Shown here: one piece after another, positions 48,462 to 60,135 of the stretch | How the letters are laid out: each line of letters begins with the position of its first letter | How positions within the stretch are numbered: position 1 is the first letter of the stretch | Source: Candidatus Berkelbacteria bacterium | Lineage (GTDB): Bacteria > Patescibacteriota > UBA1384 > XYA2-FULL-43-10 > 1-14-0-10-43-13 | DNA length: 64,000 nt | Assembly: GCA_037143235.1 (NCBI GenBank) | Contig: JBAWZC010000001.1 | Location: 1,132-65,131, forward strand | Reading direction: 5' to 3' | The notes under the pieces: model-generated | The model's database searches: none | What the model was told of the DNA's origin: nothing | Seen by the model: the letters and a program-made list of their open reading frames with translations, nothing else | Translations under genes and position numbers: made by a program

Positions 48462-49217
48462 TTAATTGACTGTAATTGAGTCAATCGTCACTTGCTCAGT
48501 CGGCTTATCATTCGCATCAACTGGAACCGCCGCAATTGCTCGCACAGCCTCCATTCCAGCCGTCACGTGACCAAAGACAGTATACTTTCCATCCAAACTT
48601 GGCTGGTTTTGCTCAGTAATGATGAAAAATTGACTCCCGTTTGAATTTGGCCCAGAATTTGCCATTGCAATGCTACCAACTTCAGCTTTGTGCGAAGTAA
48701 TATCGGTTCGATAGGTATAACCTGATTTTTCGTTCGCTGCAATCTGATCTTTGGACAAACCAAGGCTCTCGGCATTGATCTCGTCAGCAAACTTTCCGCC
48801 CCAAAGACTTGCCCCACCAGTCCCATTGCCAGATGGATCGCCGCCTTGAATCATAAACGATTTAATCACTCGATGAAAAGTCAGGTTATCGTAGTAACCC
48901 TCTTTGGCCAAACCAACAAAATTCTCTACTGTCTTGGGGGCATCTTGATCGTAAAATTCGATTGATACATCACCATTCGATGTATGTATTACTGCGGTTG
49001 TTTGGGACACTTGTTTCTCCTCTATTTTAAATAATTTACCTTGTACAAATGGATAAGCAATGATCAAAGCCACGCAAGTGACATATAACCAGAAGGTCCA
49101 CTTCTGCCAAAAATAGATCCATGAAAATTGCTCACGCTCTTTTTCTTTGCGAATCTCACGCAGCTCTTTCTCCGACTGTTCTTTCTTTTCTCGTCTAAGT
49201 TGTGATTTTTTACCCAT
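48462..49217 (-). CDS. Peptidyl-prolyl cis-trans isomerase, cyclophilin type, membrane-anchored
   Basis: FHRVIKSFMIQGGDP and GSQFFI cyclophilin motifs; N-terminal TM helix. Confidence 0.85.
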   Translation of the reverse strand: MGKKSQLRREKKEQSEKELREIRKEKEREQFSWIYFWQKWTFWLYVTCVALIIAYPFVQGKLFKIEEKQVSQTTAVIHTSNGDVSIEFYDQDAPKTVENFVGLAKEGYYDNLTFHRVIKSFMIQGGDPSGNGTGGASLWGGKFADEINAESLGLSKDQIAANEKSGYTYRTDITSHKAEVGSIAMANSGPNSNGSQFFIITEQNQPSLDGKYTVFGHVTAGMEAVRAIAAVPVDANDKPTEQVTIDSITVN

Positions 49218-49357
49218 TTTTTCTCCGTGTGATGACCAGACTTACATTATTTAATCAATTAATCATTTATTGAGTATTTGATTATTGATTATTTACCGGT
49301 CATTGTTCCTTGGTTATTGTATCTTGTTCTTTTGATCAATTAGAATAATTAGATTAA

Positions 49358-50830
49358 TTATCCTCTTTTTTCTATCTCTTTGCCCAGTGCAAAAATCCGT
49401 TCCTCTCCCCACATCGGCCCGATAACCTGAACACCGACCGGCAGATCTTTCCCGTCCTCAGACACCGTTCCCGCCGGCACAGACATCGCTGGCACCCCAG
49501 CCAAATTTATCGATATCGTCATGATGTCCGACAAATACATTCGCAACGGATCGTCATCATTTTCACCAAATTTCGGAGCTAGATTGGGCGTGACCGGAGT
49601 GAGCAACAGATCAACCTGTGAAAAAATTTCTTCGAACTCTCGCTTAATCAATGTTCGTACTTTCAAAGCTTTTTTGTAGTAGGCGTCGAAATACCCAGCC
49701 GACAAAACATAACTCCCAAGCATAATTCGACGCTTAGCCTCAGCCCCAAAGCCCTCTGCCCTAGACTTCATATAAACATCCAACAATCCTGACTCCTGGT
49801 TCCTATCTCCTGTCTCCTTCAATACAGAATGTCCATACCGAATACCATCATATCTTGCCAGGTTTGAGCTCACCTCTGCTGGCATAATAATATAATAAGC
49901 CGCCAGTGCAAAATGACTCATCGGCATTGAGACCGGAACGATTTCATGACCAGCATTTTTCAATTCCTCAATCTTAGCCTGGATGATTGAATTGATTCTC
50001 GGATCAAGCCCTTCACCAAAAAACTCTTTCGGAATACCAATTTTTAACTTACCGTTACCCGTTATCTGTTTTCTGTTTTCTGTGCTTGTACTATCACCTT
50101 CATCTTTTCCGGCAATGATATCTAACAATATTTTAGCGTCCCCCACCGTCTTGGTCATTGGCCCAGCTTGATCAAGGGACGAAGCCATCGCAATCACATT
50201 TTTTCGAGAAACCTTGCCATATGTTGGTTTCAAGCCAACAATGCCGCAATGGCTAGCTGGTTGGCGAATAGAGCCACCTGTATCGGTACCGATTGCCGCA
50301 ATACACATATCAGCTACCACAGCTGCCGCGCTGCCACCACTCGATCCACCAGGCACACGATCATGATCAATCGGATTTGTCGTTGTCCGATCAAACTTCG
50401 TCGCTGTTTTATAAGCCGATGATTCGGTCGACGAGCCCATAGCAAACTGATCCATGTTTGTCTTGCCAACCAAGACTGCTCCAGCTTCCCACAGTCTTCT
50501 AGTTACTTCAGATTCATTTACAGGGATAAAGTCCTCCAATATTTTCGACGCCGCCGTTGTCCGTACACCTTTTGTCAGGAACAAATCTTTAACTGCAATC
50601 GGCACACCATCAACCAGTGACTTCCTTTTATGAGAGACAGCAAAATCAGCGTCACTTTTCTTGGCCATCTCCATCGCTCGATCTTCACACAAAGTGATAT
50701 AGGCTCCAACCAGCGGCTCAACGACGCTGATCCGTTTAAAAATAGCCTCGGTTAGTTCAACCGAAGTAATCTCGCCACTGGCGAGTTTGTCTGATGCTTC
50801 TTTGATTGTCAATTTGTATAATTCAGACAT
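49358..50830 (-). CDS. gatA: Asp/Glu-tRNA(Asn/Gln) amidotransferase subunit A
   Basis: Amidase signature GGSSGGSAAAV...; 490 aa. Confidence 0.9.
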   Translation of the reverse strand: MSELYKLTIKEASDKLASGEITSVELTEAIFKRISVVEPLVGAYITLCEDRAMEMAKKSDADFAVSHKRKSLVDGVPIAVKDLFLTKGVRTTAASKILEDFIPVNESEVTRRLWEAGAVLVGKTNMDQFAMGSSTESSAYKTATKFDRTTTNPIDHDRVPGGSSGGSAAAVVADMCIAAIGTDTGGSIRQPASHCGIVGLKPTYGKVSRKNVIAMASSLDQAGPMTKTVGDAKILLDIIAGKDEGDSTSTENRKQITGNGKLKIGIPKEFFGEGLDPRINSIIQAKIEELKNAGHEIVPVSMPMSHFALAAYYIIMPAEVSSNLARYDGIRYGHSVLKETGDRNQESGLLDVYMKSRAEGFGAEAKRRIMLGSYVLSAGYFDAYYKKALKVRTLIKREFEEIFSQVDLLLTPVTPNLAPKFGENDDDPLRMYLSDIMTISINLAGVPAMSVPAGTVSEDGKDLPVGVQVIGPMWGEERIFALGKEIEKRG

Positions 50831-50841
50831 AATATTAAAAA

Positions 50842-51135
50842 TTATTCGAATACTCCCGGCACGACAAAACTACCATTTTCAAATTTCGGTGCATTTATTG
50901 CAACATCATCGGCACTGATGCCTGAAGCGACGACTGTGTCGTCACGCCAAACATTTTCCAAGCCAGTCACATTGTTACAGTCGGCGACATTTTCAGTATC
51001 AACTTTTTGCAACTCAGCCACATAATCAAGCACGCCAGAAAGCTGATCACCATACAAGGTGACCTCCGCGTCCGTCAGGTCAAGACGCGAGAGTTTCGCA
51101 ATATGTCTTATTTCTTCTGTCGTTATTTTAGCCAT
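50842..51135 (-). CDS. gatC: Asp/Glu-tRNA(Asn/Gln) amidotransferase subunit C
   Basis: MAKITTEEIRHIAKLSRLDL is a typical GatC N-terminus. The track's upstream extension is rejected. Confidence 0.8.
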   Translation of the reverse strand: MAKITTEEIRHIAKLSRLDLTDAEVTLYGDQLSGVLDYVAELQKVDTENVADCNNVTGLENVWRDDTVVASGISADDVAINAPKFENGSFVVPGVFE

Positions 51136-51243
51136 AAAATTCACCTTTTCTATCCACAATAGTAGCAACATTTGTCTCAATGAGCAAGAACCAAGATCTG
51201 CCTATATCAATGCGATCACACAATCAAAATAAATATCTTTTAA

Positions 51244-52044
51244 TCACTCTGGCACATTGATAATCTGTAGTCGTTGTGGTGCCCTACCATGCAACAAAGT
51301 GAAGAAAAGCATGCGGAAACCCTTAGGGATAAAGAAAAAAGCATAGCGCAGCAAGGCCCGAAGAGTCCACGATCCATGCATCGCCTGAGTCTGGTGATGG
51401 CGAAGGGCAACCTTCAGGTCATCAGCTGACTTACCCTCGTACAATGTATAACCACGACCAATCGCCTCTTTAATGTGAGCATCAGAGGAGCCAGTCTCAG
51501 CTTTAAATAATAATGTCCTGTTTACAAAAGTAGCACGCAAATTCTCTTCGCCCAAGGTTGGCGTAGCATTAATCGTTTCAACACCATTTAGCAACTTCGC
51601 CTCCTGCAGCATCGCCACTAGACCAATGCCATCCATCGTCAGATACTCTGGGCTGCGGACTCGCACATGCTGAAAGGGATGAGCGGCGATCCTGATACCA
51701 TTTTGTTCCTTGATTCTTTTCAATGTATGGTGGACAGTCAAACCGCCCTGAATCGGCTTTTTGATAAACAAAGCCAAGATGTGACCCTGCTGCGTCGTCA
51801 CTTCCTCTCCGGGAATCAGAACGAAACGGTATTTCTTTTTCTTCATTATCTCTACAGCCTCGAAATAACCATCCATCGTATCATGATCAGCGATCGCAAT
51901 CGCGTCCAAATCAGTTTCGTTCTCCACATACTCCAAAACTTCCAATACTGACGGTCGCCCATCAGAATGATTGGTATGAATATGCAAATCAGCCTTTGAC
52001 AACCGTGCCATTTTTTCCAAAGATTTGATACCAGTTTTTTCCAT
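51244..52044 (-). CDS. PHP-domain phosphoesterase
   Basis: LHIHTNHSDG and AIADHD metal-binding motifs of the PHP family. Confidence 0.7.
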   Translation of the reverse strand: MEKTGIKSLEKMARLSKADLHIHTNHSDGRPSVLEVLEYVENETDLDAIAIADHDTMDGYFEAVEIMKKKKYRFVLIPGEEVTTQQGHILALFIKKPIQGGLTVHHTLKRIKEQNGIRIAAHPFQHVRVRSPEYLTMDGIGLVAMLQEAKLLNGVETINATPTLGEENLRATFVNRTLLFKAETGSSDAHIKEAIGRGYTLYEGKSADDLKVALRHHQTQAMHGSWTLRALLRYAFFFIPKGFRMLFFTLLHGRAPQRLQIINVPE

Positions 52045-52087
52045 AACTTGATTATAACAGATTAATTAGTCGAAATAGGCGCGAAGT

Positions 52088-54172
<2,085 letters not shown>

Positions 54173-54325
54173 TTATCATATAAATTAATCTCTCATCTGG
54201 AACCACCTTTTTCACCTTAGAGGCGGAAGATGTGGTTTTCGAGAAGATCGATAAATTATATTATATAATTACAGTTTACTAGAGCCGATAATTAGCACAT
54301 ACAATCAAATAGATCCTGACAATTA

Positions 54326-54354
54326 TTGACATAATACTACAACAGTGCTATAAT
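54326..54354 (+). promoter_or_regulatory. Consensus sigma-70 promoter: TTGACA, 17-bp spacer, TATAAT
   Basis: Perfect -35 (54326-54331) and -10 (54349-54354) hexamers with optimal spacing. No protein-coding gene lies downstream on this strand. Confidence 0.65.
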
Positions 54355-54360
54355 ATGCGC

Positions 54361-54622
54361 AGCAACGGTGAGAGACCAAATATCTTCACTCGTTGCCGCG
54401 GAGGAGTCAGCCCTCGTAATAAAGCTGACTATATTTCAGCAGCTGTGCGTTTAAGCTGTTGAATGAGAGCTCATGGATTGAGCAAATCGTCCCCTTGGGT
54501 CTGACGCATCAGGCAAAGGGTTGTCCTGCTGCCAAGCAGGAGAGAGTCGTAAGGCTCGTCGTAAAAATCAGGTATACACAACCAAGCTCCCCGTCCGTTA
54601 AGGACGGGGAGACGCTTTTTTT
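54361..54622 (+). ncRNA. Unassigned roughly 260-nt ncRNA between the consensus promoter and a strong intrinsic terminator
   Basis: Terminator CTCCCCGTCC-gttaa-GGACGGGGAG plus T7 at 54587-54622. The interval has only tiny ORFs without SD, and several internal hairpins (GCAGCAACG...CGTTGCCGC, AGTCAGC...GCTGACT, CCTGC-UGCCAA-GCAGG). No motif of RNase P, tmRNA or SRP RNA recognised by eye. Confidence 0.45.
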
Positions 54623-54699
54623 ATAAGAACAAATAAGCTGTAATATTGTCACCAAAATTCACGCAAAGATCTGTGGAGATTTGTTTCCCAACACTTCTT

Positions 54700-55365
54700 C
54701 TAAACTTCTACACTTTCGCCCCAGCCCAGCACTTTTACTTGAATATCAGTATCGTCCATCGAGCTCTCAAAATCCTGCACATCGACAGGAAATCTTGAAT
54801 TGTCGTAATGGATCGGGATCACAAGCATCGGATTAGCAAGAAGCACCTGCTCTCTGGCAGTCGCGATATCCATCACCACCTGACCGCAAATAGGTGCGGC
54901 GATAATATTGGCTCCTGTTTTTTGGTCTAAAAATGTTGAATCACCAGGAGTATAGAATCTACTTTTTCCATCATCGATCACAACGCCAACAACCTCGGGC
55001 GGAGTATTTCCGTTTGGCAAAGGACCGTGTTCTGAGACAACTCCTTCGATTTTAATATCAGACAATTCGAATGTCATACCAACCTCATTTACTCGACAAT
55101 CCAAGTCTGGATATTCTTCTCTCGCTGTTTCGATGACCGCTATTGTTCCAAGCATGACTGGCCCATTCATCTCAATTATTTTTTGAACATTTTCCCAATC
55201 GAAATGGTCAGAATGTTCATGGGTAACAATAATTACATCAATGTCGCTAAAATCTTCAGCTTTCATCCCCTCTTCAGCAAAAACATAAGTTCCCGGATCG
55301 ATCAAGATCTTCGATTTCTCTGTTTCAACCAAAAAACAGGACTGTGCATGCTTGGTGATAATCAT
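54700..55365 (-). CDS. MBL-fold metallo-hydrolase
   Basis: THEHSDH (HxHxDH) motif; 221 aa. Confidence 0.75.
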   Translation of the reverse strand: MIITKHAQSCFLVETEKSKILIDPGTYVFAEEGMKAEDFSDIDVIIVTHEHSDHFDWENVQKIIEMNGPVMLGTIAVIETAREEYPDLDCRVNEVGMTFELSDIKIEGVVSEHGPLPNGNTPPEVVGVVIDDGKSRFYTPGDSTFLDQKTGANIIAAPICGQVVMDIATAREQVLLANPMLVIPIHYDNSRFPVDVQDFESSMDDTDIQVKVLGWGESVEV

Positions 55366-55404
55366 GTTGCTTCCTTTCGCAAAATTTAGAATTTATTATT
55401 CAGA

Positions 55405-56094
55405 TCAAGGCTTTCTGGCACTAACTATCGAATACAGACCCATCTGCCTTTCGAGTTTAATATTTACAAAACCCGCCTCCGCCAACTCTTCCATGTGCTC
55501 ATATATGGTGTCTAAGTTGCTAAAATCTTCTTTTTCGTGCTTAGTCCATTTTTCGCAGAGATCGTCCCTACTGATTCCTTTCAAAACAGCAAGGTGATCA
55601 ATTCTTGCATTGTATTTTTCGGTATATTCATCCACTCTTTTTTCATCCACCATTTTATCACCGTTTATATACAAACCATTTTCACCAAGTTTATCAAAAA
55701 CAATTTTCAGCAATTCTTTTCTTCGATCTTTGGCAATGTTATGAATGGTTAAAACTGTGACAAGCACATCAAAATTCTGTTCATTTTGCAGAACATCGAT
55801 AACATCACCCTCTCTAAAAAGACAATTGCGATATGATTTCAGCCTATCCTTGGCAATGTCGATCATCGCTGAATCAAAATCGTTGAGAGTTATAATTAAA
55901 TTAGGAGCAACATTGAGCAAACCAATAGCGGTATTGCCGGTACCACAACCTGCATCAAAAACAGTCGAATCATCCTTATCAATATAGTCCTTGACCAAAT
56001 CGGAAATTACTATCTGAATTTTTTTATCATTTTCGTCAATCAGATTCTCGAAAATCTGATAATCATCGGCCCAGCCTTTGAAACGGTTATTCAT
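55405..56094 (-). CDS. Class I SAM-dependent methyltransferase
   Basis: VFDAGCGTGN motif I. Start trimmed to ATG 56094 (the track start was TTG). Confidence 0.65.
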   Translation of the reverse strand: MNNRFKGWADDYQIFENLIDENDKKIQIVISDLVKDYIDKDDSTVFDAGCGTGNTAIGLLNVAPNLIITLNDFDSAMIDIAKDRLKSYRNCLFREGDVIDVLQNEQNFDVLVTVLTIHNIAKDRRKELLKIVFDKLGENGLYINGDKMVDEKRVDEYTEKYNARIDHLAVLKGISRDDLCEKWTKHEKEDFSNLDTIYEHMEELAEAGFVNIKLERQMGLYSIVSARKP

Positions 56095-56148
56095 TATTGT
56101 CCTAATATAATATTGCAGTTGATAGCCAGACCAGTATATTTTTCGCAA

Positions 56149-57039
56149 CTATTTCATCCCACGCAAGATTTTTACTCGCTCCTCGATCGGTGGATGAGTT
56201 GAGAACAAATTGGCAAAGAATGAAGTTGATTTGCCATTTGGATCACCGATGAAGAGATGAGAAGTCGAAGTACTAATATTTTGCATTGGCTCTTTGTAAG
56301 AACCGATCTTTTCCAAAGCTGATGCCAGCCCCTCCGGGTATCGAGTTAAGAGTGCGCCAGAAGCATCTGCCAAGTATTCACGCTTGCGGGAGATCGCCAG
56401 CTGGACGATCATGGCAACAATAGGGGCTAAAATAATTGCGACAATACCAATCAGCGCCATAATACCGCCACCGCTATTATTATCATTATCTCTGCGCCCA
56501 CCAAAGAAAAATTGAAATCGCCAAACTAAGTCAGCCAGTAAAGCAACGACGCCGACAAGAACAGAGACGACCATCATCAGACAAATATCGTAATTTCCAA
56601 TATGTGACATCTCGTGCGCAACAACGCCCTCTATTTCACTTTTATCCAATTGCTCAAGAAGCCCAGTGGTCACCGCCACAGATGATCTGGATGGATCACG
56701 GCCGGTCGCAAAGGCATTTGGCGCAGGATCATTAATAATATAAACTTTTGGCATCGGCAGTCCAGCCGTGATAGCCAGGTTTTCGACCAAATTCCACAGC
56801 AATGGATTATCCTTTTTCTGGATTTGCACCGCACCAGAAGCAGAAAGAGCAATCTTGTCACCTGCGTAATAGCTAATTGTCGTTTGAACGATCACCACAA
56901 CTAGTGCAATAACGAAAAACAAAGAATTTCCGTAAACATAGGATAAGGTCCAACCAAGTCCCATCACAAAAATGACAAAAAAGATCATGATAAAAACAGT
57001 ACGCCTCTTGTTTTCGTCAATGTGAGTATATAAGTTCAT
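56149..57039 (-). CDS. htpX: Zinc metalloprotease HtpX (M48)
   Basis: HEMSH zinc motif and 4 TM helices. Confidence 0.85.
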   Translation of the reverse strand: MNLYTHIDENKRRTVFIMIFFVIFVMGLGWTLSYVYGNSLFFVIALVVVIVQTTISYYAGDKIALSASGAVQIQKKDNPLLWNLVENLAITAGLPMPKVYIINDPAPNAFATGRDPSRSSVAVTTGLLEQLDKSEIEGVVAHEMSHIGNYDICLMMVVSVLVGVVALLADLVWRFQFFFGGRRDNDNNSGGGIMALIGIVAIILAPIVAMIVQLAISRKREYLADASGALLTRYPEGLASALEKIGSYKEPMQNISTSTSHLFIGDPNGKSTSFFANLFSTHPPIEERVKILRGMK

Positions 57040-57051
57040 AAGAACAAGTGG

Positions 57052-57417
57052 TTAAACGAGTTTTCCAATCAAAGGTAACGGTTGCTGCTTATTGGCCAAA
57101 ACATTTGTCCAGCCAACAACAACGGCTAGTGCAAGATAGAAACCAAAAATAATCGGTAAAACTGGAGCAAAAAAGCTAAAAATAAACAGCACCCACACGA
57201 CCAACAGAGCCATCCCCTGCTTGGCGTGATATTGGATAAACCTATCTTTCTTGGCAAACATCATCGGAATGACGACCAAAATATTTAAATATGATAGAAG
57301 CGCAATCAATTGCATCCAGCTAATCTTGGCCTTGCGCCAATTGATCTTTTTCAATTCAGCAATAAATTCTTTCGGCAGACTTTTCACTGAGGTAATTGTT
57401 TTTTCTTTGATATCCAT
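57052..57417 (-). CDS. Hypothetical membrane protein (about 3 TM)
   Basis: Hydrophobic helices. Start at ATG 57417 (the track start was TTG). Confidence 0.4.
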   Translation of the reverse strand: MDIKEKTITSVKSLPKEFIAELKKINWRKAKISWMQLIALLSYLNILVVIPMMFAKKDRFIQYHAKQGMALLVVWVLFIFSFFAPVLPIIFGFYLALAVVVGWTNVLANKQQPLPLIGKLV

Positions 57418-57446
57418 ATAATCCAAACTTAATTATTGATAAATTG

Positions 57447-58007
57447 CTATTCGAACTTTGCGACAACTGGTTCTTTGGCTTCAGCCTGTTCAAGTTCAAA
57501 TAGTTCCTTGGGCGCAAAACCAAACATCCCAGCAATGATATTGGACGGAAATGCCTGGATCGAAATATTTAAATCTCGGACATTTGCGTTGTAGAAACGA
57601 CGAGAAGCCTGGATCTTGTCCTCGGTATCAGTCAACTCTCGCTGCAAATCGATAAAGTTTTCATTCGCCTTCAGCTCAGGGTAGGCCTCAGCAACTGCAA
57701 AAATGGATTTGAGCGCGCCCTCCATCACATTTTCAGCCTTGCCTTTTTCTACCACACCTTTTGCACTCAAAGCCTCAGCACGAGCCTTCGTCACATCTTC
57801 AAAAACTGTTTTTTCATGTTTGGCATAACCCTTGACTGTCTCAATCAAATTTGGGATCAAGTCGTATCGGCGCTTCATCTGTACATCAATATCACTCCAG
57901 GCTTCCTGAGATCGGATATTAAGAGTCACCAATTTATTATATCCCGAAACAACTATGATCAAAACCAAGGCAATTACGATTATTACAATCCACCAAATCA
58001 AAGTCAT
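57447..58007 (-). CDS. lemA: LemA family protein
   Basis: N-terminal TM plus a LemA-like body (GYNKLV...SQEAWSDIDVQMKRRYDLIPN...EAYPELKANENF). Confidence 0.8.
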   Translation of the reverse strand: MTLIWWIVIIVIALVLIIVVSGYNKLVTLNIRSQEAWSDIDVQMKRRYDLIPNLIETVKGYAKHEKTVFEDVTKARAEALSAKGVVEKGKAENVMEGALKSIFAVAEAYPELKANENFIDLQRELTDTEDKIQASRRFYNANVRDLNISIQAFPSNIIAGMFGFAPKELFELEQAEAKEPVVAKFE

Positions 58008-58075
58008 GCTACTCCTTTGTTATCTTTCTGTTAAATTACTACTTATTTATATGAATGTAAAGAAGCAACGAAATG

Positions 58076-60097
58076 CTATTCTCCAGAAGTGTCATATATC
58101 GTCGCGGGGTCCGACCCAACAATTTCAGCCGAAGAAGTCGCCCCATTACTTGTTGTTGCAGCAGAAGAGGAACTAGCAGACGAAACTGCACGAGTAGAGG
58201 AGGAGGAAGAGGATGACGAGACAGAAAAAGAGCTGTCGCTAGCTGACGATGAAAGATTGGATGTAATATTGTCAATCGTGTTAACCTTGTCAAAGTCAGA
58301 AAGAGTTAATGATGTATCAATTTGAGTCACGGGCATTGATGGACTCATGACTATTTTCAATTCAATTTTTCTCAATAATTTAGTTGAGATCTCTATCCAG
58401 ACATCTCCTTGAATTGACTGAATCATATTGTCATCAACATTGAAATCAGACAAAGATGTGCCCAAAATCATTGAGTTTATATGATATTTATAACAACGTT
58501 TGCCGTCAATTTTTTCATTTGAGATACGAGAACCAGCGACTGAAACTCCGGAATCTACATTTATGCCCGAGATTTGTTCAGCAAAAGTTGTGTCTTTGTT
58601 CCCAAACGCATACTGATTCCAGCTGCCAATATTTGCGTCTTCACCAAATAGAAAAGTATCACTCTTGGTTGCAATCAAGCCATCACGAGACAATATCGAC
58701 ATATCCGCTGAACCAATGCTCCTACTAATCCCCAAATCAGCTTGGAAACCATCTTTGGCAAAATTCGCCCCGATCTTCACACTAACTTCTTTTAACGAAC
58801 TAGCATCTTTACTAGTGTAGGCCTGTTGATTTGTTTGTTCGGCTGTCGCGCTCGACAATGTCGAAGACGAGGAGACAGAACTACTATTTGCAGCTCCAGT
58901 ACTAGAAATCAAACCGCTATAATCATAGCTGCTGGCCGAATCAGACGCAGTAGAGCTACTATATAATCCAGTTTCATCAGAGGATGATACCTCTTCATCA
59001 GCAATCGCCAACGCAGCCTCAGTAATAATGCCTGTCGACAATTTCTGGTCAACCCGAGCTAGACTGCTACCTATTTTCGACAACAATTCATTGGTGACAA
59101 CATTGGACTGACTTTTGTTTATTGTCAGATCGATACTACCATTCATCTTGTAATCGCTCTTGTTGCTCATTGCCGCCAAGGACTGTGCAAGACCGGTTTC
59201 AGATTTAATAGATAGACCGCCCCACAGCTGTTCCAGCCCTACTTTGCCATATACTTTTTCAAAGCCAAATGAGATAAAACCAAACTCAGTCAGAGCAACA
59301 ATGACCGCCATAATTGCAACAAGCCCGAGCACCGACAAAGTGACGATCAAGCCAATGCGAGATTTTGGTTTTAAGTCTGCCGCAATTGGCGGAACATCAG
59401 AACTAACCGCATCCGGCACTGGGATAACCGGAGATACCTGACTAGACTGAGGCACAGTAGAGTTATCCGGTGCTGAGCTTGCAATCACAGGTGGAGCCGA
59501 AGGTGCTGCTACCGGTGAAGTCAAGGGTGGGGTTGCTGAAGTATTTCCTTCGTCATCAATAAAAGGACTATATGTAGATTTAGGCTGAATATCTCCAACG
59601 GGACCGGCCGGAACTGGTGGAATCACTGGCGGAGCCAAAGGAGTTAGCGGAGCAGCAGGAATTATTTGTGATTCAGCCACCGGGGCAACATTTTGCATTA
59701 CAGGATCAACCGGTGGCACCAAGGTGTTCAAAGGATTTTCCATGGTGACTTGGTTTACCGGCGATGATGTCAAAACTGGTGTCGCCGAAGAGACTGGTAC
59801 AGATGGTGGCATCGTCTGGCTGATGTCATTGGTCGAAACTCCGCCACTTGAACCAAAACCAGCCGGAATGGCTGACGGCATCGACTGATTGCTAATGCCA
59901 GTAGTCGGATCTAACTCATTCGACAAAGAACCACCGGGCACTGTCGGCGGAAGAGTCTGTGCTGGTGGTACTGACGGAATGGCCTGCGTTGACTGTACCG
60001 ACGGCACTTGTCCTGAACCAGAATTTTGTGCGGCGCCAGAAGTTGGCGCTACACCCAAATTATTATTTTGATCGTCCATCGCCCCTCCAAACATCAT
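58076..60097 (-). CDS. Hypothetical bitopic membrane protein (673 aa): Pro/Ser/Val-rich low-complexity N-terminal region, one TM, large extracytoplasmic domain, Ser-rich C-terminus
   Basis: Composition and a single hydrophobic helix (IGLIVTLSVLGLVAIMAVIVAL); no catalytic motifs. Confidence 0.5.
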   Translation of the reverse strand: MMFGGAMDDQNNNLGVAPTSGAAQNSGSGQVPSVQSTQAIPSVPPAQTLPPTVPGGSLSNELDPTTGISNQSMPSAIPAGFGSSGGVSTNDISQTMPPSVPVSSATPVLTSSPVNQVTMENPLNTLVPPVDPVMQNVAPVAESQIIPAAPLTPLAPPVIPPVPAGPVGDIQPKSTYSPFIDDEGNTSATPPLTSPVAAPSAPPVIASSAPDNSTVPQSSQVSPVIPVPDAVSSDVPPIAADLKPKSRIGLIVTLSVLGLVAIMAVIVALTEFGFISFGFEKVYGKVGLEQLWGGLSIKSETGLAQSLAAMSNKSDYKMNGSIDLTINKSQSNVVTNELLSKIGSSLARVDQKLSTGIITEAALAIADEEVSSSDETGLYSSSTASDSASSYDYSGLISSTGAANSSSVSSSSTLSSATAEQTNQQAYTSKDASSLKEVSVKIGANFAKDGFQADLGISRSIGSADMSILSRDGLIATKSDTFLFGEDANIGSWNQYAFGNKDTTFAEQISGINVDSGVSVAGSRISNEKIDGKRCYKYHINSMILGTSLSDFNVDDNMIQSIQGDVWIEISTKLLRKIELKIVMSPSMPVTQIDTSLTLSDFDKVNTIDNITSNLSSSASDSSFSVSSSSSSSSTRAVSSASSSSAATTSNGATSSAEIVGSDPATIYDTSGE

Positions 60098-60135
60098 TAA
60101 TTTAGTCCATAAAATATCACTTCACGTTCACCTAT

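Noticed and set aside
54361-54622. Assigning the orphan RNA as SRP RNA, RNase P RNA or tmRNA
   Set aside because: By eye I could not find the SRP domain-IV GGAA tetraloop plus AGCAGCCAAGG motif, the RNase P P4 sequence GGAAAGUCCGG...ACAGAACCCGGCUUA, or a tmRNA tRNA-like end. A partial GCUGCCAAGCAGG resemblance is too weak, so it is left unassigned.
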